DNA from: a virus
DNA length: 64,000 bases
Direction: 5' to 3' (one strand)
Virus record (IMG/VR): IMGVR_UViG_3300045988_183134
Location: 64,001-128,000 of that record
The position numbers and the translations under genes are program-made. Shown piece by piece: positions 27,665 to 35,878 of the stretch. Positions within the stretch are counted from its first letter, which is position 1, and each line of letters starts with the position of its first letter. A model generated the notes under the pieces. The model worked only from the letters and a program-made list of their open reading frames with translations, had not been told where the DNA came from and made no database searches.

Positions 27665-27940
27665 ATGTTTACAAAAGAACTCTATAAAATCACATGTACC
27701 CGCAACGGTGAAACCAGCGATATCGGCACTTATTTGCTCAAGCCCGGCCCGGAGGCTCCAATGGACTGCTACCGCAACTTTTTGAACAAAACGGATGTGG
27801 CCGTTTCCATCAAAAGCGTGCCGGACGGATTTATCATCACTGATAATTCTGAACCTGACACCAGCTACCACCTGATGTTTATCCCGATGGACGACGATTT
27901 CTGGGCCCGCTGCGCGGCTGAAAAAGAAACGAAACAATAA
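27665..27940 (+). CDS. hypothetical protein (91 aa)
   Basis: AAAGGAG RBS before ATG 27665. The track start at 27572 overlaps the previous small gene. Confidence 0.55.
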   Translation: MFTKELYKITCTRNGETSDIGTYLLKPGPEAPMDCYRNFLNKTDVAVSIKSVPDGFIITDNSEPDTSYHLMFIPMDDDFWARCAAEKETKQ

Positions 27941-27945
27941 TATTT

Positions 27946-27981
27946 GCCCCTTCACTCCTTTTGGAATGAGGGGGCTTTTTT
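27946..27981 (+). terminator. intrinsic terminator
   Basis: GCCCCTTCACTCC-tttt-GGAATGAGGGGGC followed by T6. Confidence 0.75.
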
Positions 27982-28013
27982 AGTGCAAAAGCTCTCATAT
28001 TTGAGGTGAAAAC

Positions 28014-28451
28014 ATGCCGGAAAAAGTCAAAAAGCCCGCTAAACCCACGACTAACTTGTTGCAAAATATCAGGTCGCCGCGACCGTCACAAATCGATGAA
28101 AATGTTCCAAAATCGAAGCACTATCGTTCGGAACTTGAACCCTTGCTTGGTGCTGCCATCACACTCAAATGCCCCGACTGGACAATTTTTCACGAGGAAC
28201 ACTATACAAAAATTTTGCTAAAAGCTGCTTCTGTGATGAAAGCTCCATCCGGCAGATGCGTGCCTCTGCCAATTGCCGTGGACCATGTTTGGGTTGCTGT
28301 TGACCTTGGATGGGAGCAGCGGAACAACCCGCAAGAAGGCTGTTGTTTACTCGTTCGTGGGTTTGTGGAGGAATATGTATCCCTGCTGCACAATACCAGG
28401 AACATCGGTGTACGAGCGTTATCGATACACATTGTTTTTTCTGGGAACTAA
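28014..28451 (+). CDS. hypothetical protein (145 aa)
   Basis: GAGGTG RBS 6 nt upstream. The coding call is weaker than for its neighbours. Confidence 0.4.
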   Translation: MPEKVKKPAKPTTNLLQNIRSPRPSQIDENVPKSKHYRSELEPLLGAAITLKCPDWTIFHEEHYTKILLKAASVMKAPSGRCVPLPIAVDHVWVAVDLGWEQRNNPQEGCCLLVRGFVEEYVSLLHNTRNIGVRALSIHIVFSGN

Positions 28452-28551
28452 GCGTTAGTCGCGTTCGGGCAGCTTCTTTGTTGACAGCCAGGCTGTGCTG
28501 CTGTACGATAATTTCATCGCATCCGAGTCTTAATATTTCTCGTGTTTTTGT

Positions 28552-28670
28552 TTTGACTTCGCTTGCAACCGCCATATACTCTTTAGTGTACAATTGACGA
28601 CATCCTAATCGTCCGTATTCACAATTCTGCAGACAATGGCAGACTTACCGCTTTGGTGGGCCTGTTTTTT
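28552..28670 (+). promoter_or_regulatory. promoter-leader module, copy 11 (degenerate, drives no ORF)
   Basis: TTGACT-N4-TTGCAAC-N5-TATACT (28552-28579); GTGTACAATTGAC; CGTATTCACAATTC (28614); GGCAGACTTACC..GGTGGGCCTG plus T6 (28639-28670). Followed directly by copy 12. Confidence 0.55.
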
Positions 28671-28710
28671 ATGCATTGATGCCGCTTGCTGTTAAGCAGG
28701 TGGTTTTTTG

Positions 28711-28846
28711 TTGACGCTGCTTGCGAACGGCATAAACTTTTAGTTGTACGATAGATATCATCTACCAGGCGCGTTTTGCGTTCGTACAATTCACAATCTC
28801 GTACAATGAAGGCAGATTCACTTTCGGGTGAGTCTGCCTTTTTTGT
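28711..28846 (+). promoter_or_regulatory. promoter-leader module, copy 12 (left copy of the 145-bp direct repeat)
   Basis: TTGACG-N4-TTGCGAA-N5-TAAACT (28711-28738); TTGTACGATAGATATC (28744); TCGTACAATTCACAAT (28782); GGCAGATTCAC..GTGAGTCTGCC plus T6 (28811-28846). The RBS is followed by only ATG-ATA-TAG. Confidence 0.75.
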
Positions 28847-28995
28847 TTGTGATAAAGGAGGAAAACGTATGATATAGCAACGCTAAAATACTTTGTGTCA
28901 ATGTTGTTTTTTGTTGAACCGAGAACTTTTTTGTGCTACAATAAATGTAAAGACAAAAGAGCTCTCCTAAATTTTGAAAGAAAGGAGAGTCCGTA

Positions 28996-29229
28996 ATGAG
29001 CGAGGAACTTACAATGAAAAAATATCATTTTATCATCACGCCTACTGGCGAAAGAAAGCTCGTTTTTTCACCTGATGTTACATACATCGATGGTAAAGAT
29101 GCTGAGTGTCTTTATAATCAAATCATGAATGGCGAACCTTCTACCGAAACCGATGAACAAGCTATGAAAAAAATCGCAGAAGAGGACGCACGTTTGCGGA
29201 CACTTGAAGCAAATGGAGCTCAGATTTGA
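28996..29229 (+). CDS. small protein upstream of the GNAT gene, candidate antitoxin (77 aa)
   Basis: AAAGGAGAG RBS. Own promoter TTGAAC-N17-TACAAT at 28914-28942. Overlaps the GNAT gene by 17 nt. Confidence 0.5.
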   Translation: MSEELTMKKYHFIITPTGERKLVFSPDVTYIDGKDAECLYNQIMNGEPSTETDEQAMKKIAEEDARLRTLEANGAQI

Positions 29230-29776
29230 GCCAAAATTTTATCGGGAACATCTTGGCGAAAAAAGTGACCACAAATCCCTTATCCAAGATTTCCAACCTA
29301 CTAGGCCAGAAGGCTATGGCTTGACAAGATATCTGCAAGACCAAGCTTTCGTTGATGAAGAATCCGGAAATATCCGCACCTATTTGATTCGTCAAAAAGG
29401 GACCGGCGAACTTGTTGGATATTATTCGATTCGTGCAGGAAATATCTTGTTGAGGCAAAATGAATCGACGAATGTCATCTCTGGAATCGAGCTTACGAAT
29501 TTTGCTGTAAACGGCAAATACAGAGTGCGTCACCCTAAAGTTACAATGGTCGGAGCACGAATTTTCTATGGATTTATCATGCCTCAGATAAGAGAAATTC
29601 GTGAAACACTTGGTGTAAAAATTTTGTATATTTTTGCTCTTGACCAAGTTCCTTTGTTAAACTACTACAAACGATTAGGCTTTTTGTCCCTACAAAAGCA
29701 AGACGAACAATTTGTTTATCAAACATGCAAACCGTCCTATGATGTAACTTGCATTTTCATGTATAAACTGTTGTGA
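29213..29776 (+). CDS. GNAT-family acetyltransferase, toxin-like context (187 aa)
   Basis: ELVGYYSIRAGNILL.., IELTNFAVNGKYR.., MVGARIFYGFI.., LLNYYKRLGF give a GNAT beta-alpha pattern. It sits in a two-gene overlapping cassette, like GNAT/antitoxin pairs. Confidence 0.6.
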   Translation: MELRFEPKFYREHLGEKSDHKSLIQDFQPTRPEGYGLTRYLQDQAFVDEESGNIRTYLIRQKGTGELVGYYSIRAGNILLRQNESTNVISGIELTNFAVNGKYRVRHPKVTMVGARIFYGFIMPQIREIRETLGVKILYIFALDQVPLLNYYKRLGFLSLQKQDEQFVYQTCKPSYDVTCIFMYKLL

Positions 29777-29820
29777 TTTTCGCCCGTTTACCGTATCGGT
29801 AGGCGGACTTTGCTTTTTTG

Positions 29821-29957
29821 TTGACGCCGCTTGCGAACGGCATAAACTTTTAGTTGTACGATAGATATCATCTACCAGGCGCGTTTTGCGTTCGTACAAT
29901 TCACAGTCTCGCACATTGAAGGCAGATTCACTTTCGGGTGAGTCTGCCTTTTTTTGT
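29821..29957 (+). promoter_or_regulatory. promoter-leader module, copy 13 (right copy of the 145-bp direct repeat)
   Basis: Near-identical to copy 12 (4 substitutions and 1 indel by eye). Confidence 0.75.
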
Positions 29958-29988
29958 TTGCGCGAACACAAGAAAGGAATTAACAACA

Positions 29989-30210
29989 ATGATTGCAAAC
30001 CTAAAAATCGGTCCGTGCCCTAAGTGTGGAAGCACTACGTTCCATGCGACAGCACACGTCACTCAGACCTGGCTTGTTGATGAGGACGGCGAGTTCATCA
30101 AGGCCGAGACCAACTGCGATGAGGTAACTCATTCTCCCGACACTGAGGACTTGTTTGAGTGCTCTAAATGCGGGGCTGAGGTTCCAGCAAAGTATGTGTA
30201 CAGCGAATGA
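29989..30210 (+). CDS. zinc-ribbon small protein (73 aa)
   Basis: CPKCGS ... CSKCGA. The track start at 29938 lies in the module terminator. Confidence 0.6.
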   Translation: MIANLKIGPCPKCGSTTFHATAHVTQTWLVDEDGEFIKAETNCDEVTHSPDTEDLFECSKCGAEVPAKYVYSE

Positions 30211-30305
30211 TTCCGCGACTACTTTTGCAAAACTATTCGTACATACCATCGTTAAAAAACAGGCATGACCTAACGATTTGTTAGGGTACTATTGGAGGAA
30301 ATACT

Positions 30306-31067
30306 ATGAACAACCGTGTACCTGAAGTCTTTTTGTCCGAGATGTTCGGTGAATTGCGCATTATGAAGGATGACAACAAATTCTATTTTTGTGCCGCAGA
30401 TGTTTGCTCGGCCTTGGGCTATTCAAACCCAAGCCATGAGCTGAACATACATTGCCGCCATGATGGCATCAAGGCTGGCAGGACGGATGTGAACGGCGTT
30501 CCCCGCATCATCAAGTTCATCTCAGAAGGTAACGTGTATCGCCTCATTTGCCGCTCCAACAAACCCGAAGCGGAAAAGTTTGAGACCTGGGTTTTTGACG
30601 AACTCTTGCCCCGGATTCGCCAGACCGGCGGTTATGTGAATGACCCAGTAGTCTTTGTCGATAATTGGCTTCCGAACACGGACGCCAAAACTAAGGCTTT
30701 GCTTGTCACTTCTCTGGAAGCTGTCAAGAATCAGGACAACATTATCGGCGTGCAGCAAGAGAGCGTCGAGTTCCACCGCGCGGTGAGTGCATCTGTGAAC
30801 AGCGTTGATTTCGGCGAGTTTGCAAAGTGCCTTGCCAACGACCATATCAACATCGGCCGCAATCGTCTGATGGCGTGGCTGCGCAAAGAAAAATATATTG
30901 ACTCTGCAAATGTTGCTTACCAGCGCTACATCGAGCAGGGAATTTTTGAGGTCAAAGAAACGGTATACTATGTTGGCACCACTTACCATACTTCTCGAAA
31001 GACCCTGATTACTCCCAAGGGCCAGGTGTATTTGGCCAAAAAAGTATCCAAAGGATACAAAGGTTAA
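30306..31067 (+). CDS. Bro-N / KilAC-domain phage antirepressor-like protein (253 aa)
   Basis: N-terminal Bro-N pattern (FYFCAADVCSALGYSNPS.., FISEGNVYRLICRSNKPEAEKFETWVFDELLPRIRQTGGY). The C-terminal segment FAKCL..IGRNRLMAWLRKEKYI..YQRYIEQGIFEV is KilAC-like. Confidence 0.8.
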   Translation: MNNRVPEVFLSEMFGELRIMKDDNKFYFCAADVCSALGYSNPSHELNIHCRHDGIKAGRTDVNGVPRIIKFISEGNVYRLICRSNKPEAEKFETWVFDELLPRIRQTGGYVNDPVVFVDNWLPNTDAKTKALLVTSLEAVKNQDNIIGVQQESVEFHRAVSASVNSVDFGEFAKCLANDHINIGRNRLMAWLRKEKYIDSANVAYQRYIEQGIFEVKETVYYVGTTYHTSRKTLITPKGQVYLAKKVSKGYKG

Positions 31068-31073
31068 TTTTGC

Positions 31074-31191
31074 TTGACCGCGCTTGCGGAATGAATAAAA
31101 TCAGTCTTGTACGATGGATACCAGCAAATCCATAGTTATTCACAACCTGTAGCAGAAAGCAGACTCATCTTCGGATGGGCCTGCTTTTTTT
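31074..31191 (+). promoter_or_regulatory. promoter-leader module, copy 14 (diverged)
   Basis: TTGACC-N4-TTGCGGA-N5-TAAAAT (31074-31101); CTTGTACGATGGATACC (31107); TTATTCACAACC (31137); GCAGACTCATC..GATGGGCCTGC plus T7 (31159-31191). Confidence 0.65.
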
Positions 31192-31220
31192 GTTTACATG
31201 AAAAAGAAAGGAACGATTTC

Positions 31221-31685
31221 ATGAATTTTAACCCTAATAACCAGAACACTCTTCTTACAAAGAAAGTCGCAGCACTATACGAAGCAATGCAGAAGGCTGG
31301 TGATAGTGGTCTCGCCTTTATGGTCGTTGACAGTCTCAATAGTCTTGCAAATTATGCCAGGTTTTTGGCTGAACAAGAAATCTTAATTCAGCAAGCTCGT
31401 ATCACGATGGATGCTGCAAGCTACCTCATTTTTTATCACAGCGTCGATTCTGCCCGTACCAGTTTGCTCGAAAACGCGGCTGCCAATGTCGCTTTACTCA
31501 ACCGGCTGTGCAAGAAATACAACACAGACCAGATTGCTGGAAATGTGGCAGACGCAATTGAAGCCGAAATGAACTCCGGCAACATGTATTCTCTTGCTAA
31601 TTCCCCGGCCTACACTGCATTCGCCAAAGAGGTTCTCAACACCTATTATACGACCGGTTCAGCCGGAAGCATCTGTAACAAGTAA
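31221..31685 (+). CDS. hypothetical protein (154 aa), paralog of 31772..32194
   Basis: The track start at 31107 lies in the module. Shared blocks: Q(Q/H)ARxTMD.., LLNRLCKKYN/FANRLCVKLN, AFAKEV(L/V). Confidence 0.6.
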   Translation: MNFNPNNQNTLLTKKVAALYEAMQKAGDSGLAFMVVDSLNSLANYARFLAEQEILIQQARITMDAASYLIFYHSVDSARTSLLENAAANVALLNRLCKKYNTDQIAGNVADAIEAEMNSGNMYSLANSPAYTAFAKEVLNTYYTTGSAGSICNK

Positions 31686-31771
31686 ATCAATCCAAGCCCT
31701 TTACGGGGTCCACATTGCGGTGGAGGCAAAAGCCAAGAGCCGCACGATGACCCCGCGTTAAGGGGAGACGT

Positions 31772-32194
31772 ATGAGTATCAATCTGAATAGCCGCAACAA
31801 CACCCTCTGCTGCAAGGTCAACGACCTGTACACCGCCCTCATGGCCTCTGAACTGCTGAACGACTGCGTTGATGACGTTGTCGTGATGCTCAAAACCTGT
31901 GTTGATTACGTCAACATAGTGTCGAGTCAGGAAGTCCAGATACAGCACGCGCGTTTCACGATGGACGGTGAGGAGTTTCGACAGTACGTCATGGAACTCG
32001 ACCGTCATCGCCGTGCGTTGCACGAAGGGCTGATGGCACGGGTGAACTTTGCCAATCGTCTGTGCGTGAAGCTGAACACACCTGTTCTTGCTGAACGGGT
32101 CACGGAAGAGAACCGAGAAACCTATTTTGCTTTCGCAAAAGAGGTGGTCGATTCCTATTTCGGTGAAGCCATGCAGAACGGACGATTGCTCTAG
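31772..32194 (+). CDS. hypothetical protein (140 aa), paralog of 31221..31685
   Basis: GGGGAG RBS; preceded by a structured 86-nt spacer. Confidence 0.6.
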   Translation: MSINLNSRNNTLCCKVNDLYTALMASELLNDCVDDVVVMLKTCVDYVNIVSSQEVQIQHARFTMDGEEFRQYVMELDRHRRALHEGLMARVNFANRLCVKLNTPVLAERVTEENRETYFAFAKEVVDSYFGEAMQNGRLL

Positions 32195-32245
32195 GGCAAC
32201 ATTGTCCCAACCCGTTTTAACACTACAACTATGGAGGTATTTATT

Positions 32246-32698
32246 ATGTCTAATAACAAAGAAATTATCTGCAAACTCATCAAAGCCAAGAACCAGGAGG
32301 CCAACAGCTACACAGACCAAACTTGCTACAATGCTGCCTACTGCTACGGCTATGTGGACGGCGCAACTATGGCACTGAACACTTTGAGCGGCGTACCCGA
32401 ACGCCATAAGTGCTATGCTATCCTGTCCCATTATTCCAATGAAGATATCGGCACGTTTGACTCCGTTGCAATTTGCGGCGGGGTACATATGAGCTTTGAG
32501 TCGGCCAAGAAAGCGGCTGATGAAATGCTTGCGGTCGATAAGGAAAATGGGTGCCACGATGACGCCGTTCCGTACACTCTCGACGATTGCAAAGAGTTTG
32601 ACGACCTTCCTCTGTACATTGCAGGCGAGTGGGTCAAGGACAAATTTGAACACTATCACAACTTTTACGCTGTATTTGAACAGGATGCAGCGCTGTAG
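32246..32698 (+). CDS. hypothetical protein (150 aa)
   Basis: GGAGG 8 nt before ATG 32246. Confidence 0.6.
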   Translation: MSNNKEIICKLIKAKNQEANSYTDQTCYNAAYCYGYVDGATMALNTLSGVPERHKCYAILSHYSNEDIGTFDSVAICGGVHMSFESAKKAADEMLAVDKENGCHDDAVPYTLDDCKEFDDLPLYIAGEWVKDKFEHYHNFYAVFEQDAAL

Positions 32699-32723
32699 AA
32701 AACAGAACGCTGGAGGTGCTCTT

Positions 32724-33050
32724 GTGTTTAAGGTATTAGGCGGCATTGGCCGTTCCGTTCCACTCTACAACGGCAAGGCTCGAATCCTTGTCAAGGCAAT
32801 TATCCCGGTTGCTTCCAGCTACCTCGCTGATATGCAAAGTGTCTGTGAGGCAAACGGCTGGAAATCCGTTCTGGATGAACGCGGTAACCTGGTCGTCTTG
32901 TCTGTTGTGTCCATTGACGCTTACCGGCTTTCCGACAGCACCTTGATGACCGCATATCTGCACTTTGCAGAAACTGCGGCTCAGAAACTTACGGGCTGCA
33001 AAAATCGGTATTTGGTCGCTGGTGTTGTGTCTTACGATGCAGCCGCATAA
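32724..33050 (+). CDS. hypothetical protein (108 aa), GTG start
   Basis: GGAGGTG 5 nt before GTG 32724. The track start at 32496 overlaps the previous gene. Confidence 0.45.
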   Translation: MFKVLGGIGRSVPLYNGKARILVKAIIPVASSYLADMQSVCEANGWKSVLDERGNLVVLSVVSIDAYRLSDSTLMTAYLHFAETAAQKLTGCKNRYLVAGVVSYDAAA

Positions 33051-33063
33051 GGAGGTTAACATT

Positions 33064-33684
33064 ATGAAATACCACGGATTTGAATCACCCATCGATTGGT
33101 CTCAGTACCTTATCCAGAAAGCAGACAAACACGAATATGAACCGTCTGAGCCGGGGAAGAGAGTCGAGGCTTTACTCGAAAAGCTCTACCTGCCGCAGAA
33201 CTCCTATTCCTACGCAAAGTTTCCTCAATGGTTTGCGGATTCCTCTGACAAGGGGACAGAAGAGGAACAGGTACGGTATGTGATGAATCATCTCTGCCCG
33301 AATCTGTACCACTTTTATAAAAATCCGACGCAGAAAGATTTTCGTCTGGGGCCTGATGTTGTGAACCTCATGGTTCACCAGCATATGTGTGAGAACACAC
33401 AGGCGACCATTCTGAACGAGGATGGTTCTCTTTTTCAGGATGGGGTTCATGATACTCACGAGGAAATCCTTCTGCTGACGTTGTTCTTTGAACACGAGTT
33501 CAACGATATGGATATTCGGTGCGCCCGCGTATCGTATACCTCATCGGACGCTGAAATCAAAGCCTGCTTCCTGCACGCGGTTCATAAGCGGTTTGGCTTA
33601 ATGGACCCGGCAGCGGAAAGGCTTTGGCTCAGCAACAAGTCTAACAAAGTTTACCTCATTAAAACAATCCACGGAATCGCTTGA
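33064..33684 (+). CDS. hypothetical protein (206 aa)
   Basis: AAGGAGG RBS before ATG 33064. Confidence 0.6.
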   Translation: MKYHGFESPIDWSQYLIQKADKHEYEPSEPGKRVEALLEKLYLPQNSYSYAKFPQWFADSSDKGTEEEQVRYVMNHLCPNLYHFYKNPTQKDFRLGPDVVNLMVHQHMCENTQATILNEDGSLFQDGVHDTHEEILLLTLFFEHEFNDMDIRCARVSYTSSDAEIKACFLHAVHKRFGLMDPAAERLWLSNKSNKVYLIKTIHGIA

Positions 33685-33709
33685 GCACAAATCAAAGGAG
33701 TGTAAAACT

Positions 33710-34258
33710 ATGAAATCTAATACTATTCGCAACGACTACGCTGCGGCACGAATTTCCGCTATATCCGCCATCATCGCAGCGGAAGCAATCGGAGTCACCC
33801 TGCTTCTCATTCTGATTCAGTCTCTGCTGAAAGCTGTAACTCCGCTGACGTCGGAATCCATTCTGATGCTGGTCCTGGGTTCTTTTGTCAGGACCGGAAC
33901 CACCGCATTCTGCATTTTCGGCGTGCTCTCTGCACTGGCTGCCTTGTACGTGTCAGCTTGTGCGACGAGAGAACGGTATTTTTACATTGAGAAGGGCGAG
34001 CTCAAATTCATAGCCAAGACCAAAGAAATGTTCGGCTGGCTGAAGAATTCTAAGCCCGCAATTGGCTGCTTTGCAACTGCAGGAGCGTTCGTGATAATGG
34101 CGATATCCCTAATTGCTGATATCGGTATCTTCGATTCCGGTCTCAGCCACGAAACGCTCGGTGCCCTCATCAATGTTGCAGTTCTGATGCTTCACATCGC
34201 CGGTGGCTGTATCGTTGCTTCGGTGGCTTGTGCGGTTTGGGACAGCAATAAGATATAG
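33710..34258 (+). CDS. integral membrane protein (182 aa)
   Basis: AAAGGAGTGTA RBS; four hydrophobic helices. Confidence 0.65.
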   Translation: MKSNTIRNDYAAARISAISAIIAAEAIGVTLLLILIQSLLKAVTPLTSESILMLVLGSFVRTGTTAFCIFGVLSALAALYVSACATRERYFYIEKGELKFIAKTKEMFGWLKNSKPAIGCFATAGAFVIMAISLIADIGIFDSGLSHETLGALINVAVLMLHIAGGCIVASVACAVWDSNKI

Positions 34259-34292
34259 GGCTCAAAATTCCAGACCTACGTGTATATAATCC

Positions 34293-34327
34293 AGAGCTGT
34301 CCATCTTCGGATGGGCAGCTCTTTTTG
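34293..34327 (+). terminator. intrinsic terminator
   Basis: AGAGCTGTCCATC-ttcg-GATGGGCAGCTCT followed by T5. Confidence 0.75.
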
Positions 34328-34355
34328 TTGCTCAAATTTGCGAATTGCGGATAAT
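34328..34355 (+). promoter_or_regulatory. heptamer-type promoter (TTGCTC-N4-TTGCGAA-N5-GATAAT)
   Basis: Standard spacing. Now followed only by a 16-codon GTG ORF (34396-34446) that stops about 14 nt before the IS-like hairpin. Confidence 0.55.
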
Positions 34356-34611
34356 AAAAAATATAAAAATCATAAATACAGGAGAGCGAATCGCAGTGAC
34401 AGATTTACTTGGCAATATGATGCGGAATGTGCGAATTGACGAATAAAGAAGAGCGCACGCCCCGTCTATAGCCGTAAGGCTTAGGCGGGGTTAGCTCGTG
34501 TTTAAGGACAAGAATCAGGATTTTTTATTTTCCGTTCTGATAAAGGTATTGCCTGGTTGTGCGAACTGGATACTGTAAAATTATAGTGAACCGCAAGGGA
34601 GGTGAGCCACT

Positions 34612-35721
34612 TTGAAAGTACATAAAGGCTATAAATTTCGGCTAGAGCCTACAGAAGAACAGAAAGTCAAAATCAATAAAACGCTCGGCTGCTGCCGTTT
34701 TGTATATAACTCTATGCTAGATAGGCGTATAAAAGCTTATCAACGGCGCGGTGAAAGTATGAGCTATATTGATACACAAAATCTGCTTCCTCAGATGAAA
34801 ACTTATCTTCCTTGGCTTGCTGAAGTAGATAGTCAAGCACTCAAATATAGCTGTCGTCAGTTAAATAATGCCTATAAAGGCTTTTTCGAAGACGGTAAAG
34901 GGTTCCCCCAATTCAAACGAAAACGGGGAGAAGAAAGCTATACAACTACAAAAGCAAAAAGCATTAAAGTTGACGAAAAGTACATTCAGCTTCCGACACT
35001 TGGGAAGATGCGTTATCGTAAGAGTCGCAACATTGAGGGACGCATCTGTAAGGCAACAATCCGTCGCTCAGCAAGCGGCAAATACTATGTAAGTATTCTT
35101 TGCGAAGTAGAAGTAATGCCGCTTCCGGTTAAAGATACCGTCATCGGTTTAGATGTTGGCATCAAATCTTTTGCTGTTGACAGCAATGGAAAAGAATATC
35201 CAAACAATAAATATCTTCAGAAAGCGGAAGCTAAACTAAAGCGTGAGCAGAAAAAGCTGTCACGCAAAAAGAAAGGTTCTGCCAACTGGGAGAAGCAACG
35301 TATCAAGGTGGCTTGCTGCCACGAAAAAGTGACCAATAAGCGAAAAGATGCCCTACACAAGTTGTCATCTACACTGGTGAAAGAAAACCAAATCATCTGT
35401 GTAGAAGACCTCAATGTAAATGGTATGGTTCGCAATCACAACCTTGCTAAAAGTATTTCCGATGTTTCTTGGGGAGAGTTCTTCCGACAACTTGATTATA
35501 AATCCAGTTGGGCAGGAAGAGCAGTTGTAAAAATACCAACCTTCTATCCAAGCAGCCAGACCTGCTCTTGCTGCGGCTACCAAAACAAAGAGGTAAAAAA
35601 CCTCAATGTTCGGCATTGGGTCTGTCCGAAATGTAACACATCACACGATAGGGATAAAAATGCAGCAGAAAACATTCTAAAGAAAGGAATGGACATGCTG
35701 GCTACGCCAGCCGCCTCATAG
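34612..35721 (+). CDS. tnpB: TnpB RNA-guided endonuclease (369 aa), TTG start
   Basis: [18 protein letters not shown]-terminus. RuvC D ([12 protein letters not shown]), E (ICVEDLNV), zinc finger (CSCCGYQ..CPKCN), D ([11 protein letters not shown]). GGGAGGTG RBS. Confidence 0.9.
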   Translation: MKVHKGYKFRLEPTEEQKVKINKTLGCCRFVYNSMLDRRIKAYQRRGESMSYIDTQNLLPQMKTYLPWLAEVDSQALKYSCRQLNNAYKGFFEDGKGFPQFKRKRGEESYTTTKAKSIKVDEKYIQLPTLGKMRYRKSRNIEGRICKATIRRSASGKYYVSILCEVEVMPLPVKDTVIGLDVGIKSFAVDSNGKEYPNNKYLQKAEAKLKREQKKLSRKKKGSANWEKQRIKVACCHEKVTNKRKDALHKLSSTLVKENQIICVEDLNVNGMVRNHNLAKSISDVSWGEFFRQLDYKSSWAGRAVVKIPTFYPSSQTCSCCGYQNKEVKNLNVRHWVCPKCNTSHDRDKNAAENILKKGMDMLATPAAS

Positions 35722-35860
35722 CCACAGACGAACAGTACGGTCAGGACGACCGAATCTTAAAGTCTGTGGAGAGCGAACCTCTATCAAGGGCTGCGGCCTG
35801 CGGTAAGCTCGCTCTATGAAGCAGAAATCCATACTGAGTAACGGGGCAACCCGTGAAAAG
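35600..35860 (+). ncRNA. candidate TnpB omega/reRNA (overlaps the tnpB 3' end; boundaries approximate)
   Basis: This is the position expected for TnpB guide-RNA scaffolds. Helices: CCACAGAC/GTCTGTGG (35722-35770), AGAGCGA/TCGCTCT (35770-35815). Confidence 0.45.
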
Positions 35861-35878
35861 TTGGAAGTCCGAATCATT

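Larger units (their letters stand above)
34447..35875 (+). mobile_element. IS200/IS605-family tnpB-only element (ends approximate)
   Basis: Subterminal imperfect hairpin CCCCGTCTATAGCC-gtaa-GGCTTAGGCGGGG (34460-34490), then tnpB, then a structured 3' region up to the ACGGGGCAACCCGT hairpin (35841-35854). No tnpA is present. Confidence 0.6.

Noticed and set aside
28165-28593. 142-aa minus-strand ORF overlapping ORF 28014-28451 and the degenerate module
   Set aside because: It has no RBS and runs into module-derived sequence. The plus-strand ORF has a GAGGTG RBS, although that ORF itself is only weakly supported.
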